Positions 27,843 through 37,593 are shown, numbered from the stretch's first letter. The stretch: DNA of 61,897 bases from a virus (IMGVR_UViG_3300034236_000005:1-61897); one strand, 5' to 3'. Translations and numbers: made by a program. Notes: generated by a model not told the origin, from the sequence alone.

Positions 27843-28374
27843 AGGTGATCTCCCGATACAGATTCATCAATTCGTTGTCGTCCAGCTTATCCAGCTCATG
27901 CTGATGCCAGTTCCAGCAACCGCCGTTGTCGATCGCCGCCGCCTCGGCTTCCAGGTAGCGGGTGGCCACGTCGTTGCGCGCCGGCTCGCCCTGGCCGTGG
28001 ATGGCGTGCATCAGCATTGGGCGCGGGATCTCGACCGTCGACGGCGCAAACGCGCGATCGCCCTGCAGCGGGATTTCCATCCCGGTTTCCCTTTTGGTGA
28101 TGTGGGCGACGAATTCGGCCTTGTTCATCAGGCGCGAGCCCAGCGGGATATTCGCGTGATCCAACCCGCCCGGCTTGCGGCAGGAATCAAGAATCTCGAG
28201 AAGATGTGCGCGCGTCGGGATTTGCCCCGGCGGCAGGAAAAATTCCAGATTGGCCGACTTTCCGCTCAGCAGCATCAACTGCACCTTCATTTTCAGTTCG
28301 ACAGGCGCATTCATCAGCTTGTCGTCGAGTTGCAGCAGCTGGTATTCAGGCTTGGTTTGTGCGTTCTTGTCCAT
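27835..28374 (-). CDS. Hypothetical protein
   Basis: 179 aa; operonic. Confidence 0.6.
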   Translation of the reverse strand: MDKNAQTKPEYQLLQLDDKLMNAPVELKMKVQLMLLSGKSANLEFFLPPGQIPTRAHLLEILDSCRKPGGLDHANIPLGSRLMNKAEFVAHITKRETGMEIPLQGDRAFAPSTVEIPRPMLMHAIHGQGEPARNDVATRYLEAEAAAIDNGGCWNWHQHELDKLDDNELMNLYREITYG

Positions 28375-28600
28375 CTTTCGCTTCCTTGGTAAGTTTTTCG
28401 GATTCCATCAACTGCAGCACCAGCGTTTTGCGCTGGCGCACATCCTTGGCCGCGTCGTGCAGCACGCATGCCCGGTCGCTCCATTCAGCGGGCTTTTCAA
28501 AAATCGTGCAGGTCGCGCGCCCGCCGGCGCCGACACTGGCGGCCAGGTCGAACTTTTCACAGCTGGCGCAAGTGTTGCCGCCGCGGGCGCCGGTGACCAT
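28346..28600 (-). CDS. Small Cys-rich protein
   Basis: TCASCEKF...C...AC; TAATG coupling. Confidence 0.55.
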   Translation of the reverse strand: MVTGARGGNTCASCEKFDLAASVGAGGRATCTIFEKPAEWSDRACVLHDAAKDVRQRKTLVLQLMESEKLTKEAKDGQERTNQA

Positions 28601-30018
28601 TACGCCGCCGGCTTCAAGATTTCACGGTTGCCATTCGACGTCATGGCGGACACCACGCCCATTTTTTCCATCGCCTCGAGCAGTCGCGCGGCCCGGTTGT
28701 AGCCGATCGTCAGGTGCCGCTGCACCAGCGAGATCGATGCCCGCTGGTTGGCGCGCACCACTTCGACAGCTTTGGCGTACAGCGGGTCGCTTCCGTCGAT
28801 GGCGCCTGGTAGTTCCAGCACCGTCTTGAACCCTGCGGATTTAGTCGGCTCCATGATTTCCACCGCTGCGACCAGGAACATCTGGCCGGCTGACGATCCA
28901 GCGGGAAGTGCCTTGTTCAGCGCCAGCGCGGCAGCGATTGCACCGTCGCCAGTCGACCGCATATGCTCGCGCACGGCATCGATCACCGGCTGAACCGTTT
29001 CGAAGTACATTTCATTCAGCACATCACGATGCAAGGCGCGCACCTTGTACAGTTCGGCGGTAAGCCCGACTGCGCGTTCGACCTTCGACTGTGCAGCCAC
29101 CAGCGGCCCGGCAGGCGATGCCAGGTCGCTGGCTTCGCCGCCAAGCGCCAGCACCAGATCGGCCAGCATCAGCGCCAGTTCGCCGGTCATCAGCATCATG
29201 TCGTTATCAAAACGTTCTTCCTCGTTGCGCGTGCTGAAGTCGTTTTCCTTGATCACGTCCAGCGGCTTGACGCCCTTGATCGTCAGCGACTCGTCCAGCA
29301 CGAAGCTGATTTTGTCGCTCCACGTCATGGCCAGGCGGGTGCATTGCTTGCCGGCGGCGATATGGCGGCGGATATCGTCGACCTCGAGCGTATGGCGCAC
29401 GTAGCGCACCGCTGCCCGGCTCTCGCCGGTGGCGCGCAGTTCGGTGTCCTGGTCGATCGTAAAGCCTGCCGGCGCTTCGTCGGTTTCCAGCCAAGTGGTC
29501 ATCATGCCCACCGGCGAGCGCTGAACGCGCAGGCTTTCCAGCGGCATGCGGTCGACGGCCTTGAGCAGCAGCTTGATCACGTCGTCGGCCCGGCTGGCGC
29601 TGGCCGAGTCCACCACCAGCCACCCGTTGACCGGATCGATCCAGCACCAGGTGGCGGTGCGGATCGGGAACGCGCGCGGCAGCAACTCGTCGGCGACCTG
29701 CTCTTTCAGTTCCTTCATTGCCTTGCGGCCCGGCGCAAAGCCCTGTGCTTCTTCCATTTCGGCGGCCTTGGCCTTGGCCACCGCAGTGATCACGCTGGCC
29801 GGCAACAACTTCTTCTCGGTCGACAGCTTGATCAGCATCTGCTTGTTCACGACATGGACCAGGGCCCCGTTGTCGCGCGGCGATTCCCAGCCGGCGCGCA
29901 TCAACTCGGCGCTGGTGGGCGGCACGAACGATTGCGGCGCCAGCGCGGCTTCCAGCTGCTCGGGCGTGTAGGCCCATGGGGCGGGGAGGCGGTAGACCTG
30001 TAGGTTTTTTAACCACAT
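28600..30018 (-). CDS. rdgC: RdgC recombination-associated protein fused to a C-terminal FtsK-gamma domain
   Basis: [11 protein letters not shown]...[10 protein letters not shown]...DELLPRAF...[15 protein letters not shown] (RdgC); [11 protein letters not shown]...[31 protein letters not shown] (FtsK gamma). Confidence 0.88.
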   Translation of the reverse strand: MWLKNLQVYRLPAPWAYTPEQLEAALAPQSFVPPTSAELMRAGWESPRDNGALVHVVNKQMLIKLSTEKKLLPASVITAVAKAKAAEMEEAQGFAPGRKAMKELKEQVADELLPRAFPIRTATWCWIDPVNGWLVVDSASASRADDVIKLLLKAVDRMPLESLRVQRSPVGMMTTWLETDEAPAGFTIDQDTELRATGESRAAVRYVRHTLEVDDIRRHIAAGKQCTRLAMTWSDKISFVLDESLTIKGVKPLDVIKENDFSTRNEEERFDNDMMLMTGELALMLADLVLALGGEASDLASPAGPLVAAQSKVERAVGLTAELYKVRALHRDVLNEMYFETVQPVIDAVREHMRSTGDGAIAAALALNKALPAGSSAGQMFLVAAVEIMEPTKSAGFKTVLELPGAIDGSDPLYAKAVEVVRANQRASISLVQRHLTIGYNRAARLLEAMEKMGVVSAMTSNGNREILKPAA

Positions 30019-30057
30019 GATGTTTTTATCCTAAGTTTTGGTTTTGGGTGAACTGCT

Positions 30058-31011
30058 TTACTCGCACAGGCCGTAAATCGATGTGCATAACGGGCCTTCG
30101 TTTTCCATCTTCAGAAAATCGTATTGCCGACCGCCGCGACCCGTCTTCGACCACTCGATGACCTGGTAGATCCCAGGCATGGCGAGATCGAAATCACTGG
30201 TGTGGCTGCCGGGCGTCTTGTCGGCGGCGAAGAACGTCGACATGTCGCGCTTGCTGGCCTCGCCAACCAGGCGTTCCCACTCGGCGATGCGGGCGACTTC
30301 CTCCGGAAAGCGGCGCCCGATTTCCAGCAACTCGTCTTTCTTGGCATGGATGCACGGCATACAGCCCACGCGGCCCATTCCCTGGCTATACAACGGGTTC
30401 GGTTTAACGCCATGCTTGCGGTGCATGGCAAACACTTCTTCGACGTTCCATTTCAGTATCGGACGGAAGTTCCACAGTTCGGCGCCGGTGGCCGCATCGA
30501 ACACCTTGCATTCGTTTTCCGGCAGGTCGCGCCGGTTGATCGACTCGTCGGCGCGCACGCCTTGCCAGCTGATCACGTCATGGCCGGCTTCCAGCAGCGG
30601 GTTTTGTACCTGATCGACGATCGGATTGCGTTTCAGTTCCTCGCTGCAGAACCGGGCCTTGGTCGATGGGAAACGCCCTTTCCATATGCACAGATCCAGG
30701 AACGGCACGCCGGTCGGCTTCAGGATTGCCAGCGCGCGCAATACCTTTTCCTCGGCGATGCCTTGCTCGCGCCACTTGGTCGCCACGAACTGCGCCTTGC
30801 CGGCCAGCTGGCGCGTGAAATCGGCCTTGATGACGCGGATCGGAAAAACGTTGTCGTTCAGATACTTGATATATTCATAGGTCTGCGCATGCTCGTTGCC
30901 GGTGTCGGCAAACACGGCGGACAGGTTGTCCGGCTGGCGCTCGATCGCCAGCAGCAGCAGCGCTGTCGAATCCTTGCCGCCCGATACCGAAATGATGTTG
31001 TGTTCGCTCAT
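30058..31011 (-). CDS. Phosphoadenosine phosphosulfate (PAPS) reductase family protein
   Basis: PP-loop SVSGGKDS, FADTGNE, RFCSEELK, QGVRADES, NPLY..GMGRVGCMPC. Confidence 0.88.
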   Translation of the reverse strand: MSEHNIISVSGGKDSTALLLLAIERQPDNLSAVFADTGNEHAQTYEYIKYLNDNVFPIRVIKADFTRQLAGKAQFVATKWREQGIAEEKVLRALAILKPTGVPFLDLCIWKGRFPSTKARFCSEELKRNPIVDQVQNPLLEAGHDVISWQGVRADESINRRDLPENECKVFDAATGAELWNFRPILKWNVEEVFAMHRKHGVKPNPLYSQGMGRVGCMPCIHAKKDELLEIGRRFPEEVARIAEWERLVGEASKRDMSTFFAADKTPGSHTSDFDLAMPGIYQVIEWSKTGRGGRQYDFLKMENEGPLCTSIYGLCE

Positions 31012-32048
31012 GTCTGCTTACCTGCCTTTAAAGTTGCTTTCATTTCTTCCAGCCGCGCCTGGCGCTGTTCCAGTGATAAAACTTTTTCGCCGCCGGTCGG
31101 CTGGGGCGGGACGTACACGGCAGGTTCGCGCCGCTCCGGTTTATTCTCCGGATCCAGGGCCGCATTGATCCGCGCCTGGAAGTCTTTCGGGTATTCGCCG
31201 GGCAGCGGCGTCAGTGGTGGATTCAGGCTTAGCCCCATCTTTGTCATGCTGTCCTTGGTGGCCCACCATGCGCCAAGCTTCGGTGCCTGCTCCACGTACG
31301 GCCTGACCTCATCCAGCCAGCGGCCACCACGGATCCAGCTGGCTGGGTGCGGGATGTACTTGCCGTCGCCCTCGCGCCAGTCGCCGCCATCCTTTTGCGC
31401 TTCGATCGCCAGCAGGATCGTGTCGACCAGCGTGGCGTCCAGATTCGCCTTGTCCCATGCCTTGCGAGCGTCGACCTTGCCGACTTTGCGAGGGTAGGCA
31501 TTCCAGAATCGATCGAACGTTCCATCGCCGTCAGGTGATGAAAGGTTTTTAGGTTCTGTCTTACTCTCCTTCTTCTTCTTCCTCTTAGGTCGTTCCGCGT
31601 CGTTACATGTCGTTTCATCCGTTACAAGCGTTTCATCACCTGAAGATTCGCACGTATCGCCCAAGTCATTGTTCTCTAACGCTTTCTTACGCTCACGCAT
31701 CGCTTGAACGCGCTTGGTGCTGGCACCGGATGGCTCCTGATTTTCGCGTTTTGCCTGCCTTTCGACCCATTTTGTGATCTCACCCGTTTCTGTAACAAGT
31801 CGCGCCCGTTTCATAGCGTTACATACCGTTTCAACCGTTTCAGGCTTGATCATCAGCGTGTAGGCGGTCAGGTGCATGTCGATGCCGGCGATCGATCCCC
31901 GGTTTTCATCCTTGGAAGCGTGTTCCAGCAAGTGCGCCCACAGGCCGACAACAGCGGCCACTGAAACAGCGTTTTCCTCGGCGATCATGCGGAACTTCGG
32001 ATCCGCCGTCGTGCCGCGCCACCACTTGAACCATGGCATCCGTTCCAT
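31008..32048 (-). CDS. Replication initiator (lambda O/DnaT-like)
   Basis: MPWFKWW...DPKF N-terminus; FDRFWNAYPRKVGKVDARKAW...YIPHPASWIRGGRWLDE; internal iterons. Confidence 0.8.
   Translation of the reverse strand: MERMPWFKWWRGTTADPKFRMIAEENAVSVAAVVGLWAHLLEHASKDENRGSIAGIDMHLTAYTLMIKPETVETVCNAMKRARLVTETGEITKWVERQAKRENQEPSGASTKRVQAMRERKKALENNDLGDTCESSGDETLVTDETTCNDAERPKRKKKKESKTEPKNLSSPDGDGTFDRFWNAYPRKVGKVDARKAWDKANLDATLVDTILLAIEAQKDGGDWREGDGKYIPHPASWIRGGRWLDEVRPYVEQAPKLGAWWATKDSMTKMGLSLNPPLTPLPGEYPKDFQARINAALDPENKPERREPAVYVPPQPTGGEKVLSLEQRQARLEEMKATLKAGKQT
31601..31842. repeat. Iteron-like CGTT(A/T)CA heptamer arrays; putative replication origin
   Basis: Four copies at 31601-31635 and four at 31807-31842, spaced 9-10 nt; a purine-rich tract lies nearby on the minus strand. 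Confidence 0.65.
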
Positions 32049-32080
32049 AAACTAACTCCAATCTTTATGTAACGACATCG

Positions 32081-32398
32081 TTACATCGTTACATCAGGCG
32101 TTGGTTTGTTGAGTGCAGCAAATTGCGCCAGCAGTTCGGCCTTCGACGGGCACAGCTGCTCGGCGGTCAGCGCGCCATCGGTGGCCACCGCGATCAAAAT
32201 CGCCGCTTCCAGGGGGATAGGAATCAGGCCGTTGGCCATGCGCGACAGTGTGGCCGGGTAGATGCCAGTCTTGCGCACGATCGCGGCCTGGTTGCCGTGC
32301 TTGGCGCGGCAGTATTCATGCAGCTTGGCCTGGCCGGCGGCCTCGGCGCGGACCAGCTTCTTGTCGACCGGCTTCGGGTTGTTGCGGGGGGTGGGCAT
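32081..32398 (-). CDS. Cro/YdaS-like HTH regulator
   Basis: HGNQAAIVRKTGIYPATLSRMANG...ATDGALTAEQLCP; AAGGAG RBS. Confidence 0.75.
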   Translation of the reverse strand: MPTPRNNPKPVDKKLVRAEAAGQAKLHEYCRAKHGNQAAIVRKTGIYPATLSRMANGLIPIPLEAAILIAVATDGALTAEQLCPSKAELLAQFAALNKPTPDVTM

Positions 32399-32470
32399 TG
32401 GGTAGCTCCTTGGTTTTGATGGCTTATTATATTCGAACAAATTTAATACCGCACAACTATTTATTGGCTA

Positions 32471-32917
32471 TTAAATATGTAGTGCGGCGCGCACCAGCGC
32501 CAGCAGTTCCAGTTCGGTGCCGTAGCGGGCCTCAAACGGGCGGCGGTGGCCGTGAATGCTGATCCGGCCCATGGGGTCGGTGTCGTCTTGCTGGTGGTGC
32601 GGAGCGCACAGCGGCAGCACCAGCTGGTGACAACCAGGCTTCGTGCGCCCGTCGATGTGGTGGATCGACACATGGTTATTGAAAATGCCATCCTTCATAC
32701 AGGCCACGCATCCCAGCGCCGCCATGCGCGACCACAGCGCCTGTTCTGCGGCGGTCACTGCGCGCTGGCGCGTCTTCATGGTGGCCTTGGGCGCCGGCTT
32801 CTTGTCCGTCCTCTTGTTTGCGAGGACGGCAGTGCCGCGGGACATCGGTTTTTTAGCCTGCAGGGTGCTGGTGCCCCGGGGCATCGGCGTGCGCTTCATT
32901 GCTCCCGATCGCTTCAT
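32471..32917 (-). CDS. Ref-like (recombination enhancement) HNH nuclease
   Basis: GCVAC...SIHHIDGRTKPGCH..VLPLCAPHHQ...FEARYGTELELL. Confidence 0.8.
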   Translation of the reverse strand: MKRSGAMKRTPMPRGTSTLQAKKPMSRGTAVLANKRTDKKPAPKATMKTRQRAVTAAEQALWSRMAALGCVACMKDGIFNNHVSIHHIDGRTKPGCHQLVLPLCAPHHQQDDTDPMGRISIHGHRRPFEARYGTELELLALVRAALHI

Positions 32918-33099
32918 GTCGCACGCTCAGGCTCTTGATCAGGATTTTGCGCCTCCTGCTTTTTCACCGATACGATGCATTCTTTTGTGATCAGGCGCGC
33001 TCCGCAAGTGCAGGAATAGCGGCGCTTCATTGCTCGTTCGTGCTGTGCCTCGCGGGTATCAGTGCAGTACAGGCGTTTTTCGCAAAGTGGGCATTTCAT
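32914..33099 (-). CDS. Zn-ribbon protein (NrdR N-terminal-like)
   Basis: MKCPLC...DTR...RRYSCTCGARLITKE. Confidence 0.65.
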   Translation of the reverse strand: MKCPLCEKRLYCTDTREAQHERAMKRRYSCTCGARLITKECIVSVKKQEAQNPDQEPERAT

Positions 33100-33341
33100 G
33101 GTCGACCCCTCCACGCGCGCCGCATGTACACCGGCCACAGCGCAATCATCACCAGGATGGCCAGCAGCAGTGACAGCGCGCTGCAGAACATCCCGACAGG
33201 CGTTCCAACATGCCCAGCCATGGCTGCATCGGGGTCGGCTGCCAGATAGGCCACTTGCCGCACCAGTTGCGCTAGCATGTAGCCCGCACCATAGGCGGCA
33301 TAAAATTTCAGCAGCCCGACAATCAGGTCCAAATTATCCAT
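33096..33341 (-). CDS. Small membrane protein
   Basis: Two hydrophobic helices. Confidence 0.55.
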   Translation of the reverse strand: MDNLDLIVGLLKFYAAYGAGYMLAQLVRQVAYLAADPDAAMAGHVGTPVGMFCSALSLLLAILVMIALWPVYMRRAWRGRP

Positions 33342-33579
33342 GGGGCGCATCCTCGTTTGTGAACAGATCAAGCTGGGTTGGTGGTGGCGGTGGTGGTGGG
33401 CCCGCCGGCGGCGTGAAAGTGAAATCGATTTGACCGTTCGGATCTTGCGCCAGCCGTACACGCCCGCCTTGCTTTTTCAGCAGCCCAGCAAGGCGTGCGC
33501 AGGTCGGGCCGATTGGCTCGGCGCCGATGTAGGCCGCCGGCACGGTCAGGCGACCGCAGATCGCGCATGCGGGCTTCAT
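33334..33579 (-). CDS. Small Zn-finger protein
   Basis: CAICGR...IGPTCA. Confidence 0.6.
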   Translation of the reverse strand: MKPACAICGRLTVPAAYIGAEPIGPTCARLAGLLKKQGGRVRLAQDPNGQIDFTFTPPAGPPPPPPPTQLDLFTNEDAPHG

Positions 33580-34121
33580 GCTGCACCATCCTCGATTTGC
33601 CGATAAACCTGGACCGGCTTCATACCGCCCATCAGGGCCATGATTGCAAACAGATCTTCAGGATCCATCGGCGGCGATGGATGATCCGCATCTTCAAGCG
33701 GCGATAGGCCAAGGTTGTTCGCCTGAATAAAGGCTGAATAAATTCGCGCTTCAGCTTTCTGTAGCTCGGCTTTTAATGCCACCTTGTACGCTTCATACCG
33801 CACATCAACCTCGGCAAATTCAAGCGGCGTAAGTGATACGGCGCGCTCGCCCGGTAGAGTTTTTGCGGACCAGATATCGAACTCGCGGGACTGCAGTACG
33901 AACGCTGTTATTTGAGAAAGTAGGGCGCGTTCGCGCTTGTTGCGGCATTTGAACCAGTGCTTGGTGCGCTCTGCTGCCGGGTCTTCCAGGTCGGCGATGG
34001 TCAGGCGGTATTTATGCATTAGTCGCGCCAGCATCGCTTCGGCTGTCGCCTTCTCTCCGTCGACGCCGCGGCGCGCCAGCGCAAGAATCTTTTTCATGCG
34101 CTCGATAGGTGCGGCGCTCAT
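33576..34121 (-). CDS. DUF2786-like protein
   Basis: KKILALARRGVDGEKATAEAMLARLMHKY. Confidence 0.65.
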   Translation of the reverse strand: MSAAPIERMKKILALARRGVDGEKATAEAMLARLMHKYRLTIADLEDPAAERTKHWFKCRNKRERALLSQITAFVLQSREFDIWSAKTLPGERAVSLTPLEFAEVDVRYEAYKVALKAELQKAEARIYSAFIQANNLGLSPLEDADHPSPPMDPEDLFAIMALMGGMKPVQVYRQIEDGAA

Positions 34122-34381
34122 GTCTGACCGCCTGCAGTTGGTCTATCTGCGTTGTCCTTCTCCATCGCATCCATTAGAGCGCGCAGTGCCGCCAACGTGT
34201 GCGGGCTCCGGCCACCGCCAGCGACTGGTGAGCAGAACTCGACAGCCGAACCGCCCATGATCAAGCCGTTTTCTTCTGGCTGAACGGCCACAATAATATC
34301 GCCGTCTTCTTGCTGAATTAGGCGCAGCCGTCCTCGTGCGCTCATATCTTCGTTACGATCAACGGTACGGGTAGTCATCAC
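34118..34381 (-). CDS. Hypothetical protein
   Basis: EFCS..GGGRSPHTLAALRALMDAMEKDN. Confidence 0.65.
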   Translation of the reverse strand: MMTTRTVDRNEDMSARGRLRLIQQEDGDIIVAVQPEENGLIMGGSAVEFCSPVAGGGRSPHTLAALRALMDAMEKDNADRPTAGGQT

Positions 34382-34809
34382 GCACCGCCCTTCATTGCCG
34401 AGCGCTGGCGCTTGATGCGCTTTGCGAATAGTCCGGCCATCAGGTCGCCGATAACCTGGTCCTTGCCGCTCTCGATCGTCTTGTTTGCTCTTTTTAAGCT
34501 AAGACGTTTGGCGGCTACGAACGGCTTATTAAATTCAATGGCAGCGGCGCGGCAGCGGCGCGTGTATTCACCTGATGATTTCTGTTTGGGCTCTGGTACG
34601 TTTTCACCGGCCCCGGCGACGTAGTACGCACGATAGCGCCCTGCTGTCGGGATCCATTCCGATATATGGGTGGCATCACCTTCACGCAAAAGCTTGATCC
34701 AGTGGGACACGCATGCGATCTTCAAGCCGGTGATCAGCATCACATCGCGCACCGTGCCCGGCAACGCGTCAAGAACGATTTGTTTGTTTTCTTGGCCTTT
34801 TTTTGCCAT
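34378..34809 (-). CDS. Hypothetical protein, possibly HTH
   Basis: ATG at 34809 with AGGAG RBS. Confidence 0.6.
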   Translation of the reverse strand: MAKKGQENKQIVLDALPGTVRDVMLITGLKIACVSHWIKLLREGDATHISEWIPTAGRYRAYYVAGAGENVPEPKQKSSGEYTRRCRAAAIEFNKPFVAAKRLSLKRANKTIESGKDQVIGDLMAGLFAKRIKRQRSAMKGGA

Positions 34810-34819
34810 GGTTGAACTC

Positions 34820-35143
34820 CTAAAATGGTAAAACTTTAGTTGGCGGCTGCCACGCGGTGTTGTATGCCATGTCCAGACGCACTTCCTCGGGGCATTCCTT
34901 GTAGCGCAGCGTGCGCACGTTGAACTGGTAATCAGGGTGATGCTCGCAAAACTTGCTCTTGATGCGGTGTTTAAAGTGATATCCGCTGCAATCGCATATG
35001 TCATCTCGGTATTGCCGGCTCTTGTCTAGATAAAAAGACGCGTGTTTACAGTGGCGACATTTCGGCACCCTGATATACCAATCCAACTTCTGTTTCAGCG
35101 TATTCCGACCACGACACTTCATACAGCGATATGCCCAGCTCAT
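34820..35143 (-). CDS. Cys/His-rich Zn-binding protein
   Basis: CMKC, CRHC, CDCSGYHFKH. Confidence 0.65.
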   Translation of the reverse strand: MSWAYRCMKCRGRNTLKQKLDWYIRVPKCRHCKHASFYLDKSRQYRDDICDCSGYHFKHRIKSKFCEHHPDYQFNVRTLRYKECPEEVRLDMAYNTAWQPPTKVLPF

Positions 35144-35646
35144 TTTGCGATCTCGCCGAAAGGATGAAGAATTTTCTTTTCAGCTAAGTAAGCCGAGTGC
35201 GCCAATTCCGGTGTTTTGAAATACCCTATTGTTTTTTCCACTTGGTTTATCGTGATGCGAGCGCGCCATAGTCCCGTCTTTTTATGCAAGCTGACGCCTA
35301 AAAATCCAGACACACTCCCACTCACCGCTGTACGAACGTTTTGGGCATTTTCCGATTTATTCGACTCCCTCAAGTTCAGGAAAACATTATTCTGGCCATT
35401 GCTATCCTTGTGATCAATCCAAGCAATGGGGTAGTCGCCAGTGACATAAACCCAAGCCAGGACATGCGCCATGTAGACTTGGCCCAACAAACCTATCCGC
35501 ACGTATGCATCTTCCTTACTTACCGTTCCAGCGATCGTTCCAGCTTTAGCACGCCCACGGCGACTAAACTTCCACTTGAAAAAACCTGTTAATGGGTCGT
35601 AATCCAGATACGCCTTTATGACTTCTTGCGGTATTTTTGTTTTCAT
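35140..35646 (-). CDS. HNH-AP2 homing endonuclease
   Basis: LDYDPLTGFFKW...AHVLAW...IDHKDSNGQNN...SGFLGVSLHKKTGLWRARI...GYFKTPELA. Confidence 0.88.
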   Translation of the reverse strand: MKTKIPQEVIKAYLDYDPLTGFFKWKFSRRGRAKAGTIAGTVSKEDAYVRIGLLGQVYMAHVLAWVYVTGDYPIAWIDHKDSNGQNNVFLNLRESNKSENAQNVRTAVSGSVSGFLGVSLHKKTGLWRARITINQVEKTIGYFKTPELAHSAYLAEKKILHPFGEIAK

Positions 35647-36206
35647 CAGGCCGCTTTCTGTGCGGCCATGGCGTCGATCACCAGTTCCTCGTCGCAGATC
35701 TCCGACCACTCGTTCGGCGTGATTTCTGCGATTGCGGCGCGCATCCAGGCGATCGTTTCGCGCATGCCAGCGATGTCGAAATCGTCGAGCAGCATGCCGT
35801 TGCATACCTTGGCGCCGGCGCGGCGCATCCCGTCCGGCATCGGCGGCCAGTCGAAGCGTGGCGCGATGCGGGCGAATATCTTGGCCGAACTGACCAGCGC
35901 CGGCCCGAACGCGATTTGCGAGCCATCCAGCGGGTCGCGCATGCAGGCGTCGCCGTCCTCGTCGACTTCCATTTCGCCGGTCGCCTCGATGCGATCCAGC
36001 GCCGTTTCCATGGGGCCGAACGTCAGATCGACCTTGTACCTGTTCGATTCATGCCCGAGCCCGGTTAAATTCTGCACGCGCACCAGCATATTCAGCCGGT
36101 CGACCTCGTTTTGCGCCTGCGCCACCTTCGACGCCCTGGCGCGCACCGCTGCGCCCATGCCCCCCAGCTTGCCCAGCTTCTTGCGCGGCTTTTTATTTCC
36201 GGCCAT
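35646..36206 (-). CDS. Hypothetical protein
   Basis: [10 protein letters not shown]...; stop coupled to the HNH ATG. Confidence 0.65.
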   Translation of the reverse strand: MAGNKKPRKKLGKLGGMGAAVRARASKVAQAQNEVDRLNMLVRVQNLTGLGHESNRYKVDLTFGPMETALDRIEATGEMEVDEDGDACMRDPLDGSQIAFGPALVSSAKIFARIAPRFDWPPMPDGMRRAGAKVCNGMLLDDFDIAGMRETIAWMRAAIAEITPNEWSEICDEELVIDAMAAQKAA

Positions 36207-37161
36207 GATCAAGCCCCATCGAAGCATTCAATAAAGATTCGCGCTTGCTCAGCATTAATGGCGTTTCCGTAACCGCGCAGTCGTCCCACTCGGGCGGTAG
36301 CCCCATTAACCAGCGGGAATGTGCCGGGTTCAACTGGCCGCCACTTTCCATCCCGGCATCCAAGCCAGTCAGCAGCAGACCAGTAGCCGTTAGTCGGGCC
36401 GGGCCGGGCGAAATCGCCGGCAGATCCAGCTTGTGGCCCGCCACTTCCTTGAAACAAAGTGCTTCCGTCTGCCGTGATGAATCGCTGCTCACCGTCCCGT
36501 TGTACTTGTCCGTCCCCTTCGATCCCGACATCGGCGTCGGCCAGCCCGACAGACACGCCGCCGCCGCCAAGTCTGGACCATGATTGCGCATCGCCTCCAT
36601 CAATCCGCCCTCGAATGTCCGAACCCCCTTGTCCGCCAGTGCTGCCGTCGGCGTCGGCCACCCGCACAAGTTCGCCTGCCTCGGCAACTGGTCGAACCGC
36701 TCCTTTCCTCCCTCGCGTGGCTTTATGTCCGCGCCGGAGTCTTTCCAGTCGCGCGACGTCGGCGTCACCCAGCCAGCCGGCCCAATAGGTTCGATCTCGG
36801 ATGTGCGGCGCACCGACGCTCGCAGCCGGGAACGCAACCGCCCCGAACCCGTATCCCATGCCTTCCATGTCAGTGTGTACAAGGTCGATCCAAGGGTCGA
36901 CAGCCTTGCTTGCAACCTGCTCTCCAAAGACGACTGCAGGGCGACGCTCTTTGATAAGGTGCTTGAAGGCTGGCCATAGGTGCCGCTCGTCAGCAAACCC
37001 AGCGCCTTCGCCTGCCGCGCTGAAAGGTTGGCAAGGACAGGAACCGGTCCAAACAGGTCGATCATCTGCCCAGCCGGCACGACGAAGCGCGTAGGACCAC
37101 ACACCGATTCCGGCGAAGAAGTGGCATTGTTTAAATCCGACGAGATCGTTTGGTCGTACAT
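36193..37161 (-). CDS. Overlapping +1-frame methyltransferase partner (beta polypeptide; motif IX and TRD-like repeats)
   Basis: AGGAG-8nt-ATG; three GW(V/P)TP repeats; [17 protein letters not shown] is motif IX-like. Confidence 0.75.
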   Translation of the reverse strand: MYDQTISSDLNNATSSPESVCGPTRFVVPAGQMIDLFGPVPVLANLSARQAKALGLLTSGTYGQPSSTLSKSVALQSSLESRLQARLSTLGSTLYTLTWKAWDTGSGRLRSRLRASVRRTSEIEPIGPAGWVTPTSRDWKDSGADIKPREGGKERFDQLPRQANLCGWPTPTAALADKGVRTFEGGLMEAMRNHGPDLAAAACLSGWPTPMSGSKGTDKYNGTVSSDSSRQTEALCFKEVAGHKLDLPAISPGPARLTATGLLLTGLDAGMESGGQLNPAHSRWLMGLPPEWDDCAVTETPLMLSKRESLLNASMGLDHGRK

Positions 37162-37276
37162 CTTCTATGCTCCTGGTGTCGACCACGCCATAGGCAATGT
37201 GCCCGGCCCTGATCAGGTTTTCCAGCCACTTGGCAGCGGTCAGATCGTATTCGTTGTAATAAACCGGCTCGGCCAT
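36209..37276 (-). CDS. C5-cytosine DNA methyltransferase, large (alpha) polypeptide
   Basis: Motif I FFAGIG, motif [36 protein letters not shown]; motif IX not seen in this frame. Confidence 0.88.
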   Translation of the reverse strand: MAEPVYYNEYDLTAAKWLENLIRAGHIAYGVVDTRSIEDVRPNDLVGFKQCHFFAGIGVWSYALRRAGWADDRPVWTGSCPCQPFSAAGEGAGFADERHLWPAFKHLIKERRPAVVFGEQVASKAVDPWIDLVHTDMEGMGYGFGAVAFPAASVGAPHIRDRTYWAGWLGDADVARLERLRRGHKATRGRKGAVRPVAEAGELVRVADADGSTGGQGGSDIRGRIDGGDAQSWSRLGGGGVSVGLADADVGIEGDGQVQRDGEQRFITADGSTLFQGSGGPQAGSAGDFARPGPTNGYWSAADWLGCRDGKWRPVEPGTFPLVNGATARVGRLRGYGNAINAEQARIFIECFDGA

Positions 37277-37278
37277 GG

Positions 37279-37506
37279 TCAGTTATTCCCATTCTTGCGC
37301 GCATCCGGCAGGAAGTGCAGGCGCTCGGTGTTTTTCAGGTAGGTCTGCAGCGCGCTGACGGTCTTGACCTTGGCGCCGGTGTAGCCGGCCATGATGCGCT
37401 GCATGGTGCGGACGTTGACGCCGCAGCCCAGCGCAACCAGGCTCAGCTGTCGTTCGCTGGTGCGCCGTATCAATTCCTTTTTTACATATTCCGGATCAAT
37501 CTTCAT
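37279..37506 (-). CDS. Cro-like HTH protein
   Basis: QLSLVALGCGVNVRTMQRIMAG; AGGAGG RBS; first gene after the leftward promoter. Confidence 0.7.
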   Translation of the reverse strand: MKIDPEYVKKELIRRTSERQLSLVALGCGVNVRTMQRIMAGYTGAKVKTVSALQTYLKNTERLHFLPDARKNGNN

Positions 37507-37539
37507 TTGTTTAATGCCTCCTAGTAATTGATGGCTGTC

Positions 37540-37569
37540 ATTATGTGACGACAAATCTGCCGCTGTCAA
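37540..37569 (-). promoter_or_regulatory. Leftward sigma70 promoter TTGACA-18-CATAAT
   Basis: Near-consensus boxes in the divergent control region. Confidence 0.7.
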
Positions 37570-37584
37570 CGACAATTTTGTCGT
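37569..37584. promoter_or_regulatory. Operator-like palindrome ACGACAA-TT-TTGTCGT (degenerate copy at 37548-37563)
   Basis: 7-bp inverted arms between the divergent promoters. Confidence 0.55.
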
Positions 37585-37593
37585 AAATTTCTA

